Positions 19,366-29,751 of a stretch of DNA of 43,845 nucleotides are shown in pieces. A program made the translations under genes and the position numbers. This DNA comes from an uncultured Bacteroides sp. (GTDB lineage Bacteria > Bacteroidota > Bacteroidia > Bacteroidales > JACABE01), in assembly GCA_964618755.1 (NCBI GenBank), contig CAZUCB010000003.1, positions 1-43,845 of the forward strand. Reading direction: 5' to 3'. The notes under the pieces were generated by a model that searched no databases, had not been told where the DNA came from, and saw only the letters and a program-made list of their open reading frames with translations. Each line of letters begins with the position of its first letter. Position 1 is the stretch's first letter.

Positions 19366-21738
19366 ATGTGGACTTATCTGGTTAGATTGATTTTACGTTA
19401 TCGGTTTTGGAATGTTTTAGCAATTTTGTTGATTACTCTTTTTATGGGTTATGAAGCAACGAAAGTACAAATGTCTTACGAAATGGCTAAAATGCTGCCT
19501 GCAAGTGATTCTGTAAATATTAATTATGAAAATTTTAGAAAGCAATTTGGTGAAGATGGTAGTGTTCTTTTTATAGGGATAAAAGATAGTAGTCTTTTTC
19601 AATTGAAGAAGTTTAATGCGTGGCATGATTTAACCTATCAAATAAAAGAAATTGACGGCGTTGAAGAAGTTTTGTCACTTTCAAAATTATATTATCTAAC
19701 TAAAAATGATAGCACTAAGAAGTTTGATTTTAAGCCGGTAGTTCAGTATAAACCCAGAACTCAAGCCGAATTGGATAGCATTCGACTTCTTATTTACAAC
19801 TTGCCTTTTTACGAAGGTTTGCTGATAAATAAAACCACAAATGCTACTTTGATGATGATTACATTGGATAAGAATAAGCTGAACACAAAAAAAAGAATTG
19901 CACTTATCAATGAAATAAAAACAGCAGTAGATCTGTTTAGCTCGAAACAAGGTATAAAAGTCCATTATTCAGGTTTGCCATTTATAAGAACTATTACTTC
20001 GCAAAAAGTAGAAAAAGAATTGAGGATGTTTGTATTACTGGCATTATTGGTCGCTTCGATAATGCTGTATTTTTTCTTTAGGTCATTTAAAGCAGTACTT
20101 TTCCCGATGCTTATTGTAATTATTACTGTAGTTTGGGCAATGGGAATTATTTCAATTTTAGGCTATAAAATAACCATACTTACTGGTATTATTCCGCCAT
20201 TATTGATAATTATTTGTGTTGAGAATTGCATCTTTTTCTTAAATAAATATCACCACGAATTCAGATTACATGGTAATAAAGTAAAGGCATTATCAAGAAT
20301 TGTAACAAGAATTGGAACAGCCAACCTACTTACCAATGCTACTACTGCGGTTGGATTTGCCACTTTTATTATAACAGGTAATAAAATCTTGGTTGAATTT
20401 GGTATTGTTGCCTCTATTGCTATTATGTCAACTTTTATTTTGACTTTAGTTTTAATTCCTATTTTTTTTAGTTATTTAGCATCTCCAGAGCTAAGCCAGA
20501 CGAAACACCTTGATAATAAAAATATTAATAAATTTTTGGCATGGATTGAAAATATAGTAACGTATAAAAGAAAATTAGTTTACGCATTAACTTTTATAAT
20601 TTTAGGTATTGGGGTTTATGGCGTAACCTTATTAAAAACTACAGGAAATATTGTAGATGATATTCCTAAAAGAGATCCGCTGTATGTTGATTTACTGTTT
20701 TTTGAAAGTAATTTCAAAGGGATAATGCCATTTGAAATATCAATTGATACAAAAAAAGACAAAGGTGTAATGCGGCTTTCTGTTATCAAAAAAATAGATG
20801 AACTACAAGATGTTATAAAAACATATCCTGAACTTTCTAAGCCTGTATCCATTGCAGAAGTTGTTAAATTTGCCAAACAGGCTTTTTACAATGGTAATCC
20901 GGATTTTTATCAATTGCCCGATAATAGCGAAATGGCTTTTATGGCTGAATATTTGCCAAAAATGAATTCTAAAAAGAAAACTATTTTAAATTCTTTTGTA
21001 GATACTAATTTGCGTATGACTCGCATCAGTGTTCAGATGGCAAATATTGGAACCAATGAAATAAAACGAATACAAGAAAATTTAAAACCGAAAATTGATA
21101 GTATTTTTAATCCCGAAAAATATGATGTTAAAATAACTGGGACCAGTGTTGTGTTTTTAAAAGGGACAAACTATTTGATTAAAAATTTGATGCAAAGTTT
21201 AATATTAGCTATTATTCTAATTGCATTATTAATGGCAGTTCTTTTCAGCTCAGTACGAATGATAATTTTATCACTTATTCCTAACTTAATTCCTCAACTA
21301 TTAACTGCGGCTATGATGGGTTATTTGGGAATCTCAATAAAACCATCTACAATATTAATTTTTAGCATTGCATTAGGTATTTCTGTAGATAATACAATTC
21401 ACTTTTTGTCGCGTTATCGCTTGGAATTAAAGATTAACAATGGTAATATAAGAGAATCAGTTTTGTATGCACTTGGTGAGGCTGGTTATAGTATGATTTA
21501 TTCTTCGGTGGTATTATTTTTAGGGTTTTCAATTTTTATGCTTTCTACATTTGGTGGTACACAAGCCATGGGATTGCTTATTTCATTTACATTGCTATTG
21601 GGCATAATTTGCAATTTGTTTTTATTACCATCACTATTACTAAGTCTTGATAAATTTATTACTACAAAACAATTTGCAAAAAAGAAGTTTGACAATTCAT
21701 ATGAATTTGAAGTTGAAGATAATTTAAAGCTCAACTAA
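19366..21738 (+). CDS. RND-superfamily / MMPL-type membrane transporter
   Basis: 790 aa. Two 5-6-helix bundles (about residues 220-380 and 620-770) each follow a large soluble loop. This is the duplicated RND/MMPL (patched-like) architecture. Confidence 0.8.
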   Translation: MWTYLVRLILRYRFWNVLAILLITLFMGYEATKVQMSYEMAKMLPASDSVNINYENFRKQFGEDGSVLFIGIKDSSLFQLKKFNAWHDLTYQIKEIDGVEEVLSLSKLYYLTKNDSTKKFDFKPVVQYKPRTQAELDSIRLLIYNLPFYEGLLINKTTNATLMMITLDKNKLNTKKRIALINEIKTAVDLFSSKQGIKVHYSGLPFIRTITSQKVEKELRMFVLLALLVASIMLYFFFRSFKAVLFPMLIVIITVVWAMGIISILGYKITILTGIIPPLLIIICVENCIFFLNKYHHEFRLHGNKVKALSRIVTRIGTANLLTNATTAVGFATFIITGNKILVEFGIVASIAIMSTFILTLVLIPIFFSYLASPELSQTKHLDNKNINKFLAWIENIVTYKRKLVYALTFIILGIGVYGVTLLKTTGNIVDDIPKRDPLYVDLLFFESNFKGIMPFEISIDTKKDKGVMRLSVIKKIDELQDVIKTYPELSKPVSIAEVVKFAKQAFYNGNPDFYQLPDNSEMAFMAEYLPKMNSKKKTILNSFVDTNLRMTRISVQMANIGTNEIKRIQENLKPKIDSIFNPEKYDVKITGTSVVFLKGTNYLIKNLMQSLILAIILIALLMAVLFSSVRMIILSLIPNLIPQLLTAAMMGYLGISIKPSTILIFSIALGISVDNTIHFLSRYRLELKINNGNIRESVLYALGEAGYSMIYSSVVLFLGFSIFMLSTFGGTQAMGLLISFTLLLGIICNLFLLPSLLLSLDKFITTKQFAKKKFDNSYEFEVEDNLKLN

Positions 21739-21884
21739 ATTTTGAATTTTGCAGAGAGTGCTAATAAAAATTCCCAAAAACGTATATTTACAAGATGAAA
21801 ATCTTTATAAAAAATTCAACGAATATGTCAATAAAAAAATAAAGGCAACTGCTGCAAAAATAGCACAATATTAAAAATCATTAT

Positions 21885-23276
21885 ATGGTACAAAAATTTT
21901 CAATAAGTAATATAATATTAATTATCATAGCCATTTTTTTTGCTTCTTGTTCTCCCAAAATAATTGAAAAAACACAAGAAAATATTAGTGCTCAGATTAC
22001 TGATTCTATTAGAAAATCTCAAACTGACTCATTAATTACAGGAGTTGAAAAGCTTGAAGCAATTATAACATTCCCTCAGATATCCGACACTGTTTTGAAC
22101 GAAAATTTACAAACTGTATTAATTCATAAAAACGGTTGGGAAATGTCGTTGCCTATTATAGGTTTAAATACAATTGAAACTATTCGCTTATCATTTGACG
22201 ACTTAGAAGGAGATATTAAAAGATACAAATACACTATTTTGCAATGCGATGCCAATTGGCAAATTTCTCAATTGCAACCATCAAATTATGTGGATGGATT
22301 TACTGAAGATTACATTGAAGATTACAAAATATCAATCAATACAATACAGAAATATACTCATTATAATTTGGTTTTCCCAAAAGAAACCATGAAGATCACA
22401 AAATCTGGTAATTATATTTTAAAAGTTTATACAAATAATTCAGATGAACCATTAATCATTAAACGATTCATGGTGTTAGAACAAGTTGTAAATATTAATG
22501 GGAAAATAAAAGACGCTACTTTGTTAAACGATAAAAGATTTAAACAGGAAGTTGATTTTAGCATTTCTACGAACAACTATATTATAAACAATCCTTCAAG
22601 AAATTTATCGGTAAAAATTTACCAGAATATGCGTCCCGATAATGCGATTTGCAGCCTCAAACCTCGTTTGATAATAGGCAATGAATTGGATTATGATTAT
22701 GACGAAGGAAATACTTTTAATGGAGGCAATGAATTTAGAAATTTTGATATCAAGAGCCTAAAATATAATTCTGAAAGAATTTATCAAATAAATTACGAAG
22801 AGGGAGCAAATCATGTTTATTTACATAACGATTTTGCTCGTCGGTTTAAAGTGTATAAATCAGAAGAAGATATCAATGGGAAAAGAGCTATTAAAGCCGA
22901 TTATATTAGAGATAGTGAAATAGAAGCAGATTATACTTATGTGCATTTTACACTGCCTTACGATATACCTACTGTAGAAGGAAATATATATGTTTATGGA
23001 GCTTTAACGGATTGGAAATTAGACAATAATTCACGAATGACTTATAACTACAAAAGACGAGCTTACGAAGGCATTGTTTTTGTAAAACAAGGTTATTATA
23101 ATTATCAGTATATATTATTAAAACCTAATAAGGAAATTGATGACACTTTTGTAGAAGGCAATCATTCAGATGCCGAAAACGATTATTTTATTTTTGTATA
23201 TTATCGTCCAATGGGCGAATTGTATGACAAATTTATTGGTTTCAAGCAACTTAATTCAATAAACGATAGAAAATAA
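21885..23276 (+). CDS. Lipoprotein, possibly DUF5103 / T9SS plug family (tentative)
   Basis: 463 aa with a signal peptide and lipobox (FFASC). The family assignment rests only on my recollection of DUF5103-like motifs (LSFDDL..., ILQCDANW, SGNYILKVY). Its stop overlaps the next ATG (TAATG at 23274-23278). Confidence 0.6.
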   Translation: MVQKFSISNIILIIIAIFFASCSPKIIEKTQENISAQITDSIRKSQTDSLITGVEKLEAIITFPQISDTVLNENLQTVLIHKNGWEMSLPIIGLNTIETIRLSFDDLEGDIKRYKYTILQCDANWQISQLQPSNYVDGFTEDYIEDYKISINTIQKYTHYNLVFPKETMKITKSGNYILKVYTNNSDEPLIIKRFMVLEQVVNINGKIKDATLLNDKRFKQEVDFSISTNNYIINNPSRNLSVKIYQNMRPDNAICSLKPRLIIGNELDYDYDEGNTFNGGNEFRNFDIKSLKYNSERIYQINYEEGANHVYLHNDFARRFKVYKSEEDINGKRAIKADYIRDSEIEADYTYVHFTLPYDIPTVEGNIYVYGALTDWKLDNNSRMTYNYKRRAYEGIVFVKQGYYNYQYILLKPNKEIDDTFVEGNHSDAENDYFIFVYYRPMGELYDKFIGFKQLNSINDRK

Positions 23277-24136
23277 TGCAACTCTATTCGATAGAAACAG
23301 GAAATGCTAAATTTGATGGAGGGGCTATTTTTGGAGTTGTCCCTAAAGTAATTTGGCAAAAATTATATCCTACAGATGAAAATAATCTATGCAACTGCTC
23401 AATTCGATCTTTATTAGTAGTCGATGGAGATTTGAAAATATTAATTGATACTGGTATAGGTGACAAACAAGATGAAAAGTTTCTTAAAAATTTTCATTTA
23501 AATGGGAATGATAATTTAATACAATCATTGGTAAAATATGGATTTGAACCCACAGATATTACTGATGTAATATTAACTCACTTACATTTCGATCATTGTG
23601 GGGGAGCTGTAAAACAAAATGTTGACAATACAGGTTTTGAACTTACTTTTCCGAATGCTAATTATTATACAAGCCGCAAACAATGGGATTGGGCTATGCA
23701 TCCAAATCGTCGTGAATCTGCTTCGTTTCTTAAAGAAAATATTTTGCCAATACAAGAAAGTGGACGCTTGCGTTTATTGGAAGAGGAAAGTGAATTATTT
23801 CCAAATATTAGTGTGAAATTTTTTTATGGGCATACCGAGGCTCAAGTAATTCCATTTATTAAATACAATCAATACACCATAGTTTATGTGGCAGATTTTC
23901 TTGCATCTGCGGCACATATTCCGATGGCTTATGTGCCTAGTTATGATATACGTCCATTGCAAACAATGGAAGAAAAGGAAATATTTTACAGAGATTCAAT
24001 CCTAAACAATTACATTCTCTTCTTTGAACATGATCTGTATAACGAATGTTGTACCTTGCAAAATACTAACAAAGGTGTATGTGTAAAAGATTCATTTAAA
24101 CTTGAGAAACTTTATGGCTCAACTATTCAACCGTAA
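23276..24136 (+). CDS. MBL-fold metallo-hydrolase
   Basis: 286 aa with the HxHxDH motif (LTHLHFDHCGG) and downstream His/Asp ligand contexts. Confidence 0.85.
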   Translation: MQLYSIETGNAKFDGGAIFGVVPKVIWQKLYPTDENNLCNCSIRSLLVVDGDLKILIDTGIGDKQDEKFLKNFHLNGNDNLIQSLVKYGFEPTDITDVILTHLHFDHCGGAVKQNVDNTGFELTFPNANYYTSRKQWDWAMHPNRRESASFLKENILPIQESGRLRLLEEESELFPNISVKFFYGHTEAQVIPFIKYNQYTIVYVADFLASAAHIPMAYVPSYDIRPLQTMEEKEIFYRDSILNNYILFFEHDLYNECCTLQNTNKGVCVKDSFKLEKLYGSTIQP

Positions 24137-25961
24137 CAGATTTGGCCAAATTTCTGGGTTGATCAACATTACAACCTCTGTTTATTGCAATATGATAAGC
24201 AAGTAATTGTAATGGAATTGTAGCTAGAATTGGAACTAACATTTCCTTAACCTCTGGAATCTCAATATAGTAATCAGAAAGTTCTTTAACTGTAACATCT
24301 CCTTGGGTTATGATAGAAATTATTTTGCCTTTTCGTGCTTTTACTTCCTGAATATTACTAATTACCTTTTCGTAAGTTCCTTGATTGGTTGCAATCACAA
24401 CAACTGGCATTTCTGCGTCTATCAAAGCAATAGGACCATGCTTCATTTCTGCTGCGGGATAACCCTCTGCATGGATATATGATATTTCTTTTAGTTTTAG
24501 TGCTCCTTCTAATGCAACAGGGAAATTGTAACCACGGCCTAAATAAAGGAAATTTCTTGCATAAGTAAATATTTTGGCAATTTCTTTGATATTATGGTCT
24601 TGTTTTAAAACTTCAGTTACTTTTTGAGGAATAGATTCTAATTCATCAACAATCTCTTTAAAAAGAATATTGTCAACAGTTCCTTTCTCTTGAGCAATTG
24701 CTAATGCCATCAATGTTAATACAGCAACTTGAGCTGTAAACGCTTTGGTAGAAGCTACTCCAATTTCAGGACCTGCATGTGTAAAAGACCCTGTATGTGC
24801 TGCTCTTGCAATTGAAGATCCAACAACGTTACATATTCCGTAAATAAAAGCTCCTTGCGATTTTGCTAAGTCAATTGCCGCAAGTGTATCAGCAGTTTCT
24901 CCTGATTGAGAAATTGCTATAATAATATCATCTTTAAAAATTAGTGGTTTTCGATAACGAAATTCTGATGAATATTCAACCTCAACAGGTATTTTTGCTA
25001 ATTCTTCAAATAAATATTCTGCAACTAAACCTGAATGCCATGAAGTGCCACAAGCAAGAATTATTATTCGTCTTGCATTTAAAAACTTCTCTTTATGGTC
25101 GATAATACCAGCTAAAGATATATGACTAATTTCTTTATGAATACGACCTCGGCAACTATCAAAAATTGTTTTTGGTTGTTCATATATTTCTTTTAGCATA
25201 AAATGATCATAACCCTCTTTTTCAAGTTCGCTTAAGTTCATTTCAAGTTTGTGAATCATAGGTGTTTTTTCAATGTTTTTGATAGTTTTCACCTGTAATT
25301 CTTTACCTCTTCTGAGAATAGCTATTTCCTCATCATCAAGATATACAACATTTTTTGTGTATTCTACAATAGGAGTTGCATCTGAAGCTAAGAAAAAATC
25401 GTCTTCACCAATTCCAATTACTAATGGACTGCCTTTTCGAGCTGCAATTAAGGTATTGGGGTCATCTTTAGAAATAACAACAATTGCATAAGCGCCAATA
25501 ACTTGATTTAAAGCTAATTGAACAGCATCAAAAATAGAAACTTTATTAGTCTCTTTGATATATTCAATCAATTGAATTAAAACTTCGGTATCGGTATTAC
25601 TGCAAAATGAGTAACCATTTTTAATCAGCTCTTCTTTTAAAATAGCATAGTTTTCAATAATACCATTATGAATTAAAGCTAAATCTTCTGATTGCGAAAA
25701 ATGTGGATGTGCATTTGCATCATTGGGTTCTCCATGTGTAGCCCAACGTGTATGGGCAATACCAATGGTTCCTTTTAAATCTTTATCTTTTACAAAATTT
25801 TCTAAATCTGCAACTTTGCCTTTGGTTTTATAAACGTGCAATTTACTATTAAGAATGGCAATTCCTGCACTATCGTAACCTCTATATTCCAAGCGGTGCA
25901 GCCCTTTTATTAATATCGGATAAGCCTCTTTTGGACCTATATACCCTACTATTCCGCACAT
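24123..25961 (-). CDS. glmS: Glutamine--fructose-6-phosphate aminotransferase (isomerising)
   Basis: 612 aa. It has the N-terminal MCGIVGY (Ntn Cys), two SIS domains and the canonical C-terminus AKSVTVE. Confidence 0.95.
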   Translation of the reverse strand: MCGIVGYIGPKEAYPILIKGLHRLEYRGYDSAGIAILNSKLHVYKTKGKVADLENFVKDKDLKGTIGIAHTRWATHGEPNDANAHPHFSQSEDLALIHNGIIENYAILKEELIKNGYSFCSNTDTEVLIQLIEYIKETNKVSIFDAVQLALNQVIGAYAIVVISKDDPNTLIAARKGSPLVIGIGEDDFFLASDATPIVEYTKNVVYLDDEEIAILRRGKELQVKTIKNIEKTPMIHKLEMNLSELEKEGYDHFMLKEIYEQPKTIFDSCRGRIHKEISHISLAGIIDHKEKFLNARRIIILACGTSWHSGLVAEYLFEELAKIPVEVEYSSEFRYRKPLIFKDDIIIAISQSGETADTLAAIDLAKSQGAFIYGICNVVGSSIARAAHTGSFTHAGPEIGVASTKAFTAQVAVLTLMALAIAQEKGTVDNILFKEIVDELESIPQKVTEVLKQDHNIKEIAKIFTYARNFLYLGRGYNFPVALEGALKLKEISYIHAEGYPAAEMKHGPIALIDAEMPVVVIATNQGTYEKVISNIQEVKARKGKIISIITQGDVTVKELSDYYIEIPEVKEMLVPILATIPLQLLAYHIAINRGCNVDQPRNLAKSVTVE

Positions 25962-25963
25962 AA

Positions 25964-27331
25964 CTATTTAATTACAGTGTATTTTAATTCAAGTTTCATT
26001 CTTCCAGTCAAACTTTTATCTGTTCCTTTAAATACAAATCTATTAGCTGTAGTTCTCCTGCTATCTATCAGCATTACCAATCCATAATCAGGAGTTGTAG
26101 TGTTTAACATATCCTGAAAATATCTGGTAATGCGCATTCTATATTCTTTTGTTGTTGAATTATATGATCCTCCAAAAAATGCAGCTCCTTCGTAAATATC
26201 TGGTAAGAATTCAGTTTTTCCACTAGCAAGTTTTTTTAAAACAGTTAGAAGAGATGGTGGTGTGTTTTTATCATCAATATCGTCATTCTTTATAACCAAT
26301 ACAGCTTCATTAATCACAATTTTTTGATTCTTAATCAAATCTCTTAAATAAGTAAATTTGAAGTTTACTTTTACTCCACCCATCGACTGCAAATATAGTT
26401 TTTTCTGTCCTAAAGTAGTATCTTTTACATAACCAACTGCTCCAATTTGTTTTTTGAGTGTGTCTTTAGCAGCAAGTGTTCCTCCTGAGCCAATGTAGCC
26501 ATAATGATTAAAATTTGTATATTTAGCACACTTATCGTTGATGACAAAATTAAATTTATTGCTAATCGTATCGTTTGAATTCTTTTTATAATATAAACTC
26601 ATATTTGCATAAGAAGATAAAAGGTTAAAATACAATATAGAACCTTTATTTTCTTGCGTTGTACTTAAAGGCATTGCTTTGATAAATAAACCTCTAAAAA
26701 AATCTGTAAAATTATCATTGTTTAGTAAATTAGTAGAATTAGAGGCAAGTAATGCGTTACCTAATGTTGAACTTAGTTTTATTTGTAACATAGGAGGATA
26801 TTTAACTCCATTGATTGTTACGCTGTCTTTAGGCTTAGGGGTAAATGTTAAATCTGCTAATAAGTTGGGTTTATAACTAAGCAATCTGTCAGAATAATAA
26901 ACACTATCTATATACATTTTTTGGTCAACTTCATAAACTTTAACCTGTAAATCACCCATTGTTTCTGCTTGATAGCTTCCGGAATATGGTAAATACAAAA
27001 CCAAAGAATCTAATGTTGGTGAAGTTCCAAAACTTGGACTTAAATTAGAAAGACGAAGTTGTGTGAAAATACTTGCAGATGTTGTTCCAAAAACTGGGTC
27101 ATTAAAAGTACCAAGTAAGCAGGCTGAATAATTATCAGTTCTCAATGAATCATCATAAACTGAATACGCTATAATAGAGGAAGTATCTGAAAATACCACA
27201 CCTAATTTTTCATTTTGTAGTTTTGCCAATCCAATTAAATCAGGTTCTTCCTCACAGGAAGAAAGAAATATTAAAGAACCCAACAAAAAAAGCAGTGTAA
27301 AGCTCTTTAGGCTTAATAGTTGTGTTTTCAT
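25964..27331 (-). CDS. DUF4270-like lipoprotein
   Basis: 455 aa with the lipobox FLSSC. The LLGTFNDPVFGTT-type N-terminal motif, and a position between the short GT5 protein and glmS, fit what I recall as the conserved Bacteroidota arrangement. Confidence 0.65.
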   Translation of the reverse strand: MKTQLLSLKSFTLLFLLGSLIFLSSCEEEPDLIGLAKLQNEKLGVVFSDTSSIIAYSVYDDSLRTDNYSACLLGTFNDPVFGTTSASIFTQLRLSNLSPSFGTSPTLDSLVLYLPYSGSYQAETMGDLQVKVYEVDQKMYIDSVYYSDRLLSYKPNLLADLTFTPKPKDSVTINGVKYPPMLQIKLSSTLGNALLASNSTNLLNNDNFTDFFRGLFIKAMPLSTTQENKGSILYFNLLSSYANMSLYYKKNSNDTISNKFNFVINDKCAKYTNFNHYGYIGSGGTLAAKDTLKKQIGAVGYVKDTTLGQKKLYLQSMGGVKVNFKFTYLRDLIKNQKIVINEAVLVIKNDDIDDKNTPPSLLTVLKKLASGKTEFLPDIYEGAAFFGGSYNSTTKEYRMRITRYFQDMLNTTTPDYGLVMLIDSRRTTANRFVFKGTDKSLTGRMKLELKYTVIK

Positions 27332-27360
27332 TTATTCAATTAAAATTAATAGTTTTTTCG

Positions 27361-28185
27361 TTAAGAAACAATAGGTTCTGCAACAAGTAATTCGTCATAA
27401 AATTTTGCATAAGCTGCAATATATTTTTCTTTGGTTTGATAGGGAAGTAATGGTTTTCCAGAGTTTTGAGCATACGTCAACAACTCTTTATTGACTATTT
27501 CACTACCAATAATAATACCATCAGAAAAATCAATTGCGGCTTTCATCACGTTAACGTAGGTAGGTGTTTTATATTGTTTAGTATCTTTAGAAATAATACC
27601 TGGTAATTTAATTTTAGTTGCAAAATCTTTGCTCATAGTTTCCTTAAAATCGTCATCATATAATGAAATAACAACTTTTGTGTCGGTAAATAATGGATTA
27701 TCTTTGAAAGCTTTTTTGATATAGAGAGGAATTAAACTTGTCATCCATCCATGACAATGAATCACTTCCGGCGACCAACTTAATTTTTTTACAGTTTCAA
27801 TAACTCCTCTTGAAAAGAAAATAACACGTTCGTCATTATCAGAATAAAAGACGTTGTTTTTGTCAGTAAAAACAGCTTTTCGTTGAAAATAATCTTCATT
27901 ATCAATAAAGTATATCTGCATACGAGCAGATTGAATTGATGCTACTTTAATAATAAGAGGATGATCTTGGTCATTGATTATCAAATTCATACCAGAAAGT
28001 CGAATTACTTCATGCAATTGATTTCTTCGTTCATTGATATTTCCAAATCGCGGCATGAATGTCCTAATTTCTTTACCTGTTTCCTGAATTCCCTGAGGTA
28101 GATAACGACCAATATTTGCCATGTGGCTTTCTTTTAAGTATGGTGTAATCTCTTGGTTAACAAATAATATTCTGCCTTTACTCAT
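27361..28185 (-). CDS. Short glycogen/starch synthase-like protein (GT5 N-terminal domain only)
   Basis: 274 aa. It starts MSKGRILFVNQEITPY and contains HCHGWMTSLIP, typical of the GT5 glycogen synthase N-domain. The C-terminal GT1 half is lacking. Confidence 0.7.
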   Translation of the reverse strand: MSKGRILFVNQEITPYLKESHMANIGRYLPQGIQETGKEIRTFMPRFGNINERRNQLHEVIRLSGMNLIINDQDHPLIIKVASIQSARMQIYFIDNEDYFQRKAVFTDKNNVFYSDNDERVIFFSRGVIETVKKLSWSPEVIHCHGWMTSLIPLYIKKAFKDNPLFTDTKVVISLYDDDFKETMSKDFATKIKLPGIISKDTKQYKTPTYVNVMKAAIDFSDGIIIGSEIVNKELLTYAQNSGKPLLPYQTKEKYIAAYAKFYDELLVAEPIVS

Positions 28186-28222
28186 CTTTTCTAAAATTAA
28201 ATTAGAGTATATAATTTTTTTG

Positions 28223-28230
28223 CAAAATTA
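28223..28230 (-). promoter_or_regulatory. Candidate -7 box (TAATTTTG) for the GT5-like/DUF4270/glmS operon
   Basis: Matches TAnnTTTG, 38 nt upstream of the ATG at 28185. Downstream gene gaps of 29 nt and 2 nt support co-transcription. Confidence 0.4.
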
Positions 28231-28285
28231 GTTAAAAATTAGAACTTAATCAATTTTAATTTTTTTATACCTGATTATGAATTTT

Positions 28286-29692
28286 TTATTCGACAGGAGG
28301 CAATGATTCAAAACTTGAGTAAGTATAAAAAATAGTTTTGCCTTTAACTGCATTGAATTTAAAAGTTTCTTTTTTAGATTCTGAGTTTTTAGATGAATAT
28401 GCAGAAAAATCAATGTTGTTTTCGCCCACAGCTAAAGGAATTCTTGTGTAAGAAATTGAGTAAGGAAGTGTTTGCCAGTTGCGTGTATCTGTTTTTTCAG
28501 TTAATGCATTCACAATACTAATAGCTGAACCAAGATTTTCGTTTTCTTTGCGTGCAGCAGCTTCCAATGCTTTTTTAGTAGCTAATCTTAAAATGGCATT
28601 TCCCATTTCGCGAAGCATTCTATCATTAAGTGTTTTAAAAGCAATTCCATTAATATCTTGGGCAAATTGTAAAGGATATATTTTACCGTTTGTAGTAATA
28701 TCAGCAGTAGTAAAAATTGGTTTTCGCTCTAAATATTTTGGAAATGCGATTCTTAAAAAACTAAGTTTTGAAAATCCTGATTTTTCATTGTCTGATTTAT
28801 CACCAATGTAAATTGGAAACGACATACCATATTGTTCATTGGCAAAAGTTACAAATCCATTATTACTGCTCGTTTTCGTGAAATTAATGCTCCATTCCGA
28901 TTTTACAGGGCCAAAACCATTGTGCCAAAAGAAAACCAATTCGCCACCATCATTAGGTTTGGATTCATACTTCAGATTAAATTTTTGTTCGTAAAACCTA
29001 AGTTCTTCATTAAAACCTGTTCGGTAGGCGGCACGCATTAAATCCCATTTCAATTGCTCCGGAACTTGAATATTGAAGTTTGTTTTATAAGAATTTTCAT
29101 AAACATTCAATGCATTGCGATAAGCAACAAAAGCATCATTATATTCATAATTGGCATCATAAATCAAGCCCATTACAATATGAGCAAAAGCATCATCCTG
29201 ATAACGATTTTTATGATCTGGGTATTTGTCGTTTAGTTGATTAAGTTTCTCATTTACTCGTCTAACCTCAACCAAAGCATCACTATATTTTCCTATATTT
29301 AAGTAATTTAGTGCTTTAAAATAATTTACCAACACTACTTCAAAATCTTCGGGTTTATATGGCTTTACATTTGGATTCGTAATCAATGCTAATGCTTCGA
29401 GACCATAATTTTTTTGCTGGTCTTCTATCATTTTATCAGCTTCTTCTAATGCAGTATTACTTTCAGTATTTTCGTTCATCATCCAGTTGAGCCAACCTTT
29501 GTTGAATAAATACAAAACCCTGTTTTTCCCTGTTTTTCCTTTATCGCTTTCGAGTAATTCTTTGGCTTTTGGCAATTCGCCATTGGCAACTGATGTTTGA
29601 AATTTTATATTTTGCTGGTAGTAGGTGGCACACGAAGTTAGCATCAGCAAAGGAAGAAGAACTATAAGAGACAAAATGTATTGTTTACGCAT
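28286..29692 (-). CDS. Lipoprotein, COG3014-like (tentative), with a TPR-like N-terminal half
   Basis: 468 aa with the lipobox MLTSC. It has a helical repeat region and then a beta-rich C-terminal half containing TDTRNWQTLP. I recall that motif as characteristic of COG3014 proteins. Confidence 0.6.
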   Translation of the reverse strand: MRKQYILSLIVLLPLLMLTSCATYYQQNIKFQTSVANGELPKAKELLESDKGKTGKNRVLYLFNKGWLNWMMNENTESNTALEEADKMIEDQQKNYGLEALALITNPNVKPYKPEDFEVVLVNYFKALNYLNIGKYSDALVEVRRVNEKLNQLNDKYPDHKNRYQDDAFAHIVMGLIYDANYEYNDAFVAYRNALNVYENSYKTNFNIQVPEQLKWDLMRAAYRTGFNEELRFYEQKFNLKYESKPNDGGELVFFWHNGFGPVKSEWSINFTKTSSNNGFVTFANEQYGMSFPIYIGDKSDNEKSGFSKLSFLRIAFPKYLERKPIFTTADITTNGKIYPLQFAQDINGIAFKTLNDRMLREMGNAILRLATKKALEAAARKENENLGSAISIVNALTEKTDTRNWQTLPYSISYTRIPLAVGENNIDFSAYSSKNSESKKETFKFNAVKGKTIFYTYSSFESLPPVE

Positions 29693-29751
29693 ACCAATAG
29701 ATTATAATGTTTATAAGGTTGTATGGTTTATGTTTTTTATTAGCTGCCGTT

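Noticed and set aside
25962-25963. I looked for a glmS ribozyme or other leader upstream of glmS.
   Set aside because: Only 2 nt separate glmS from the upstream DUF4270-like gene, so there is no room for a leader. glmS appears to be the third gene of an operon.
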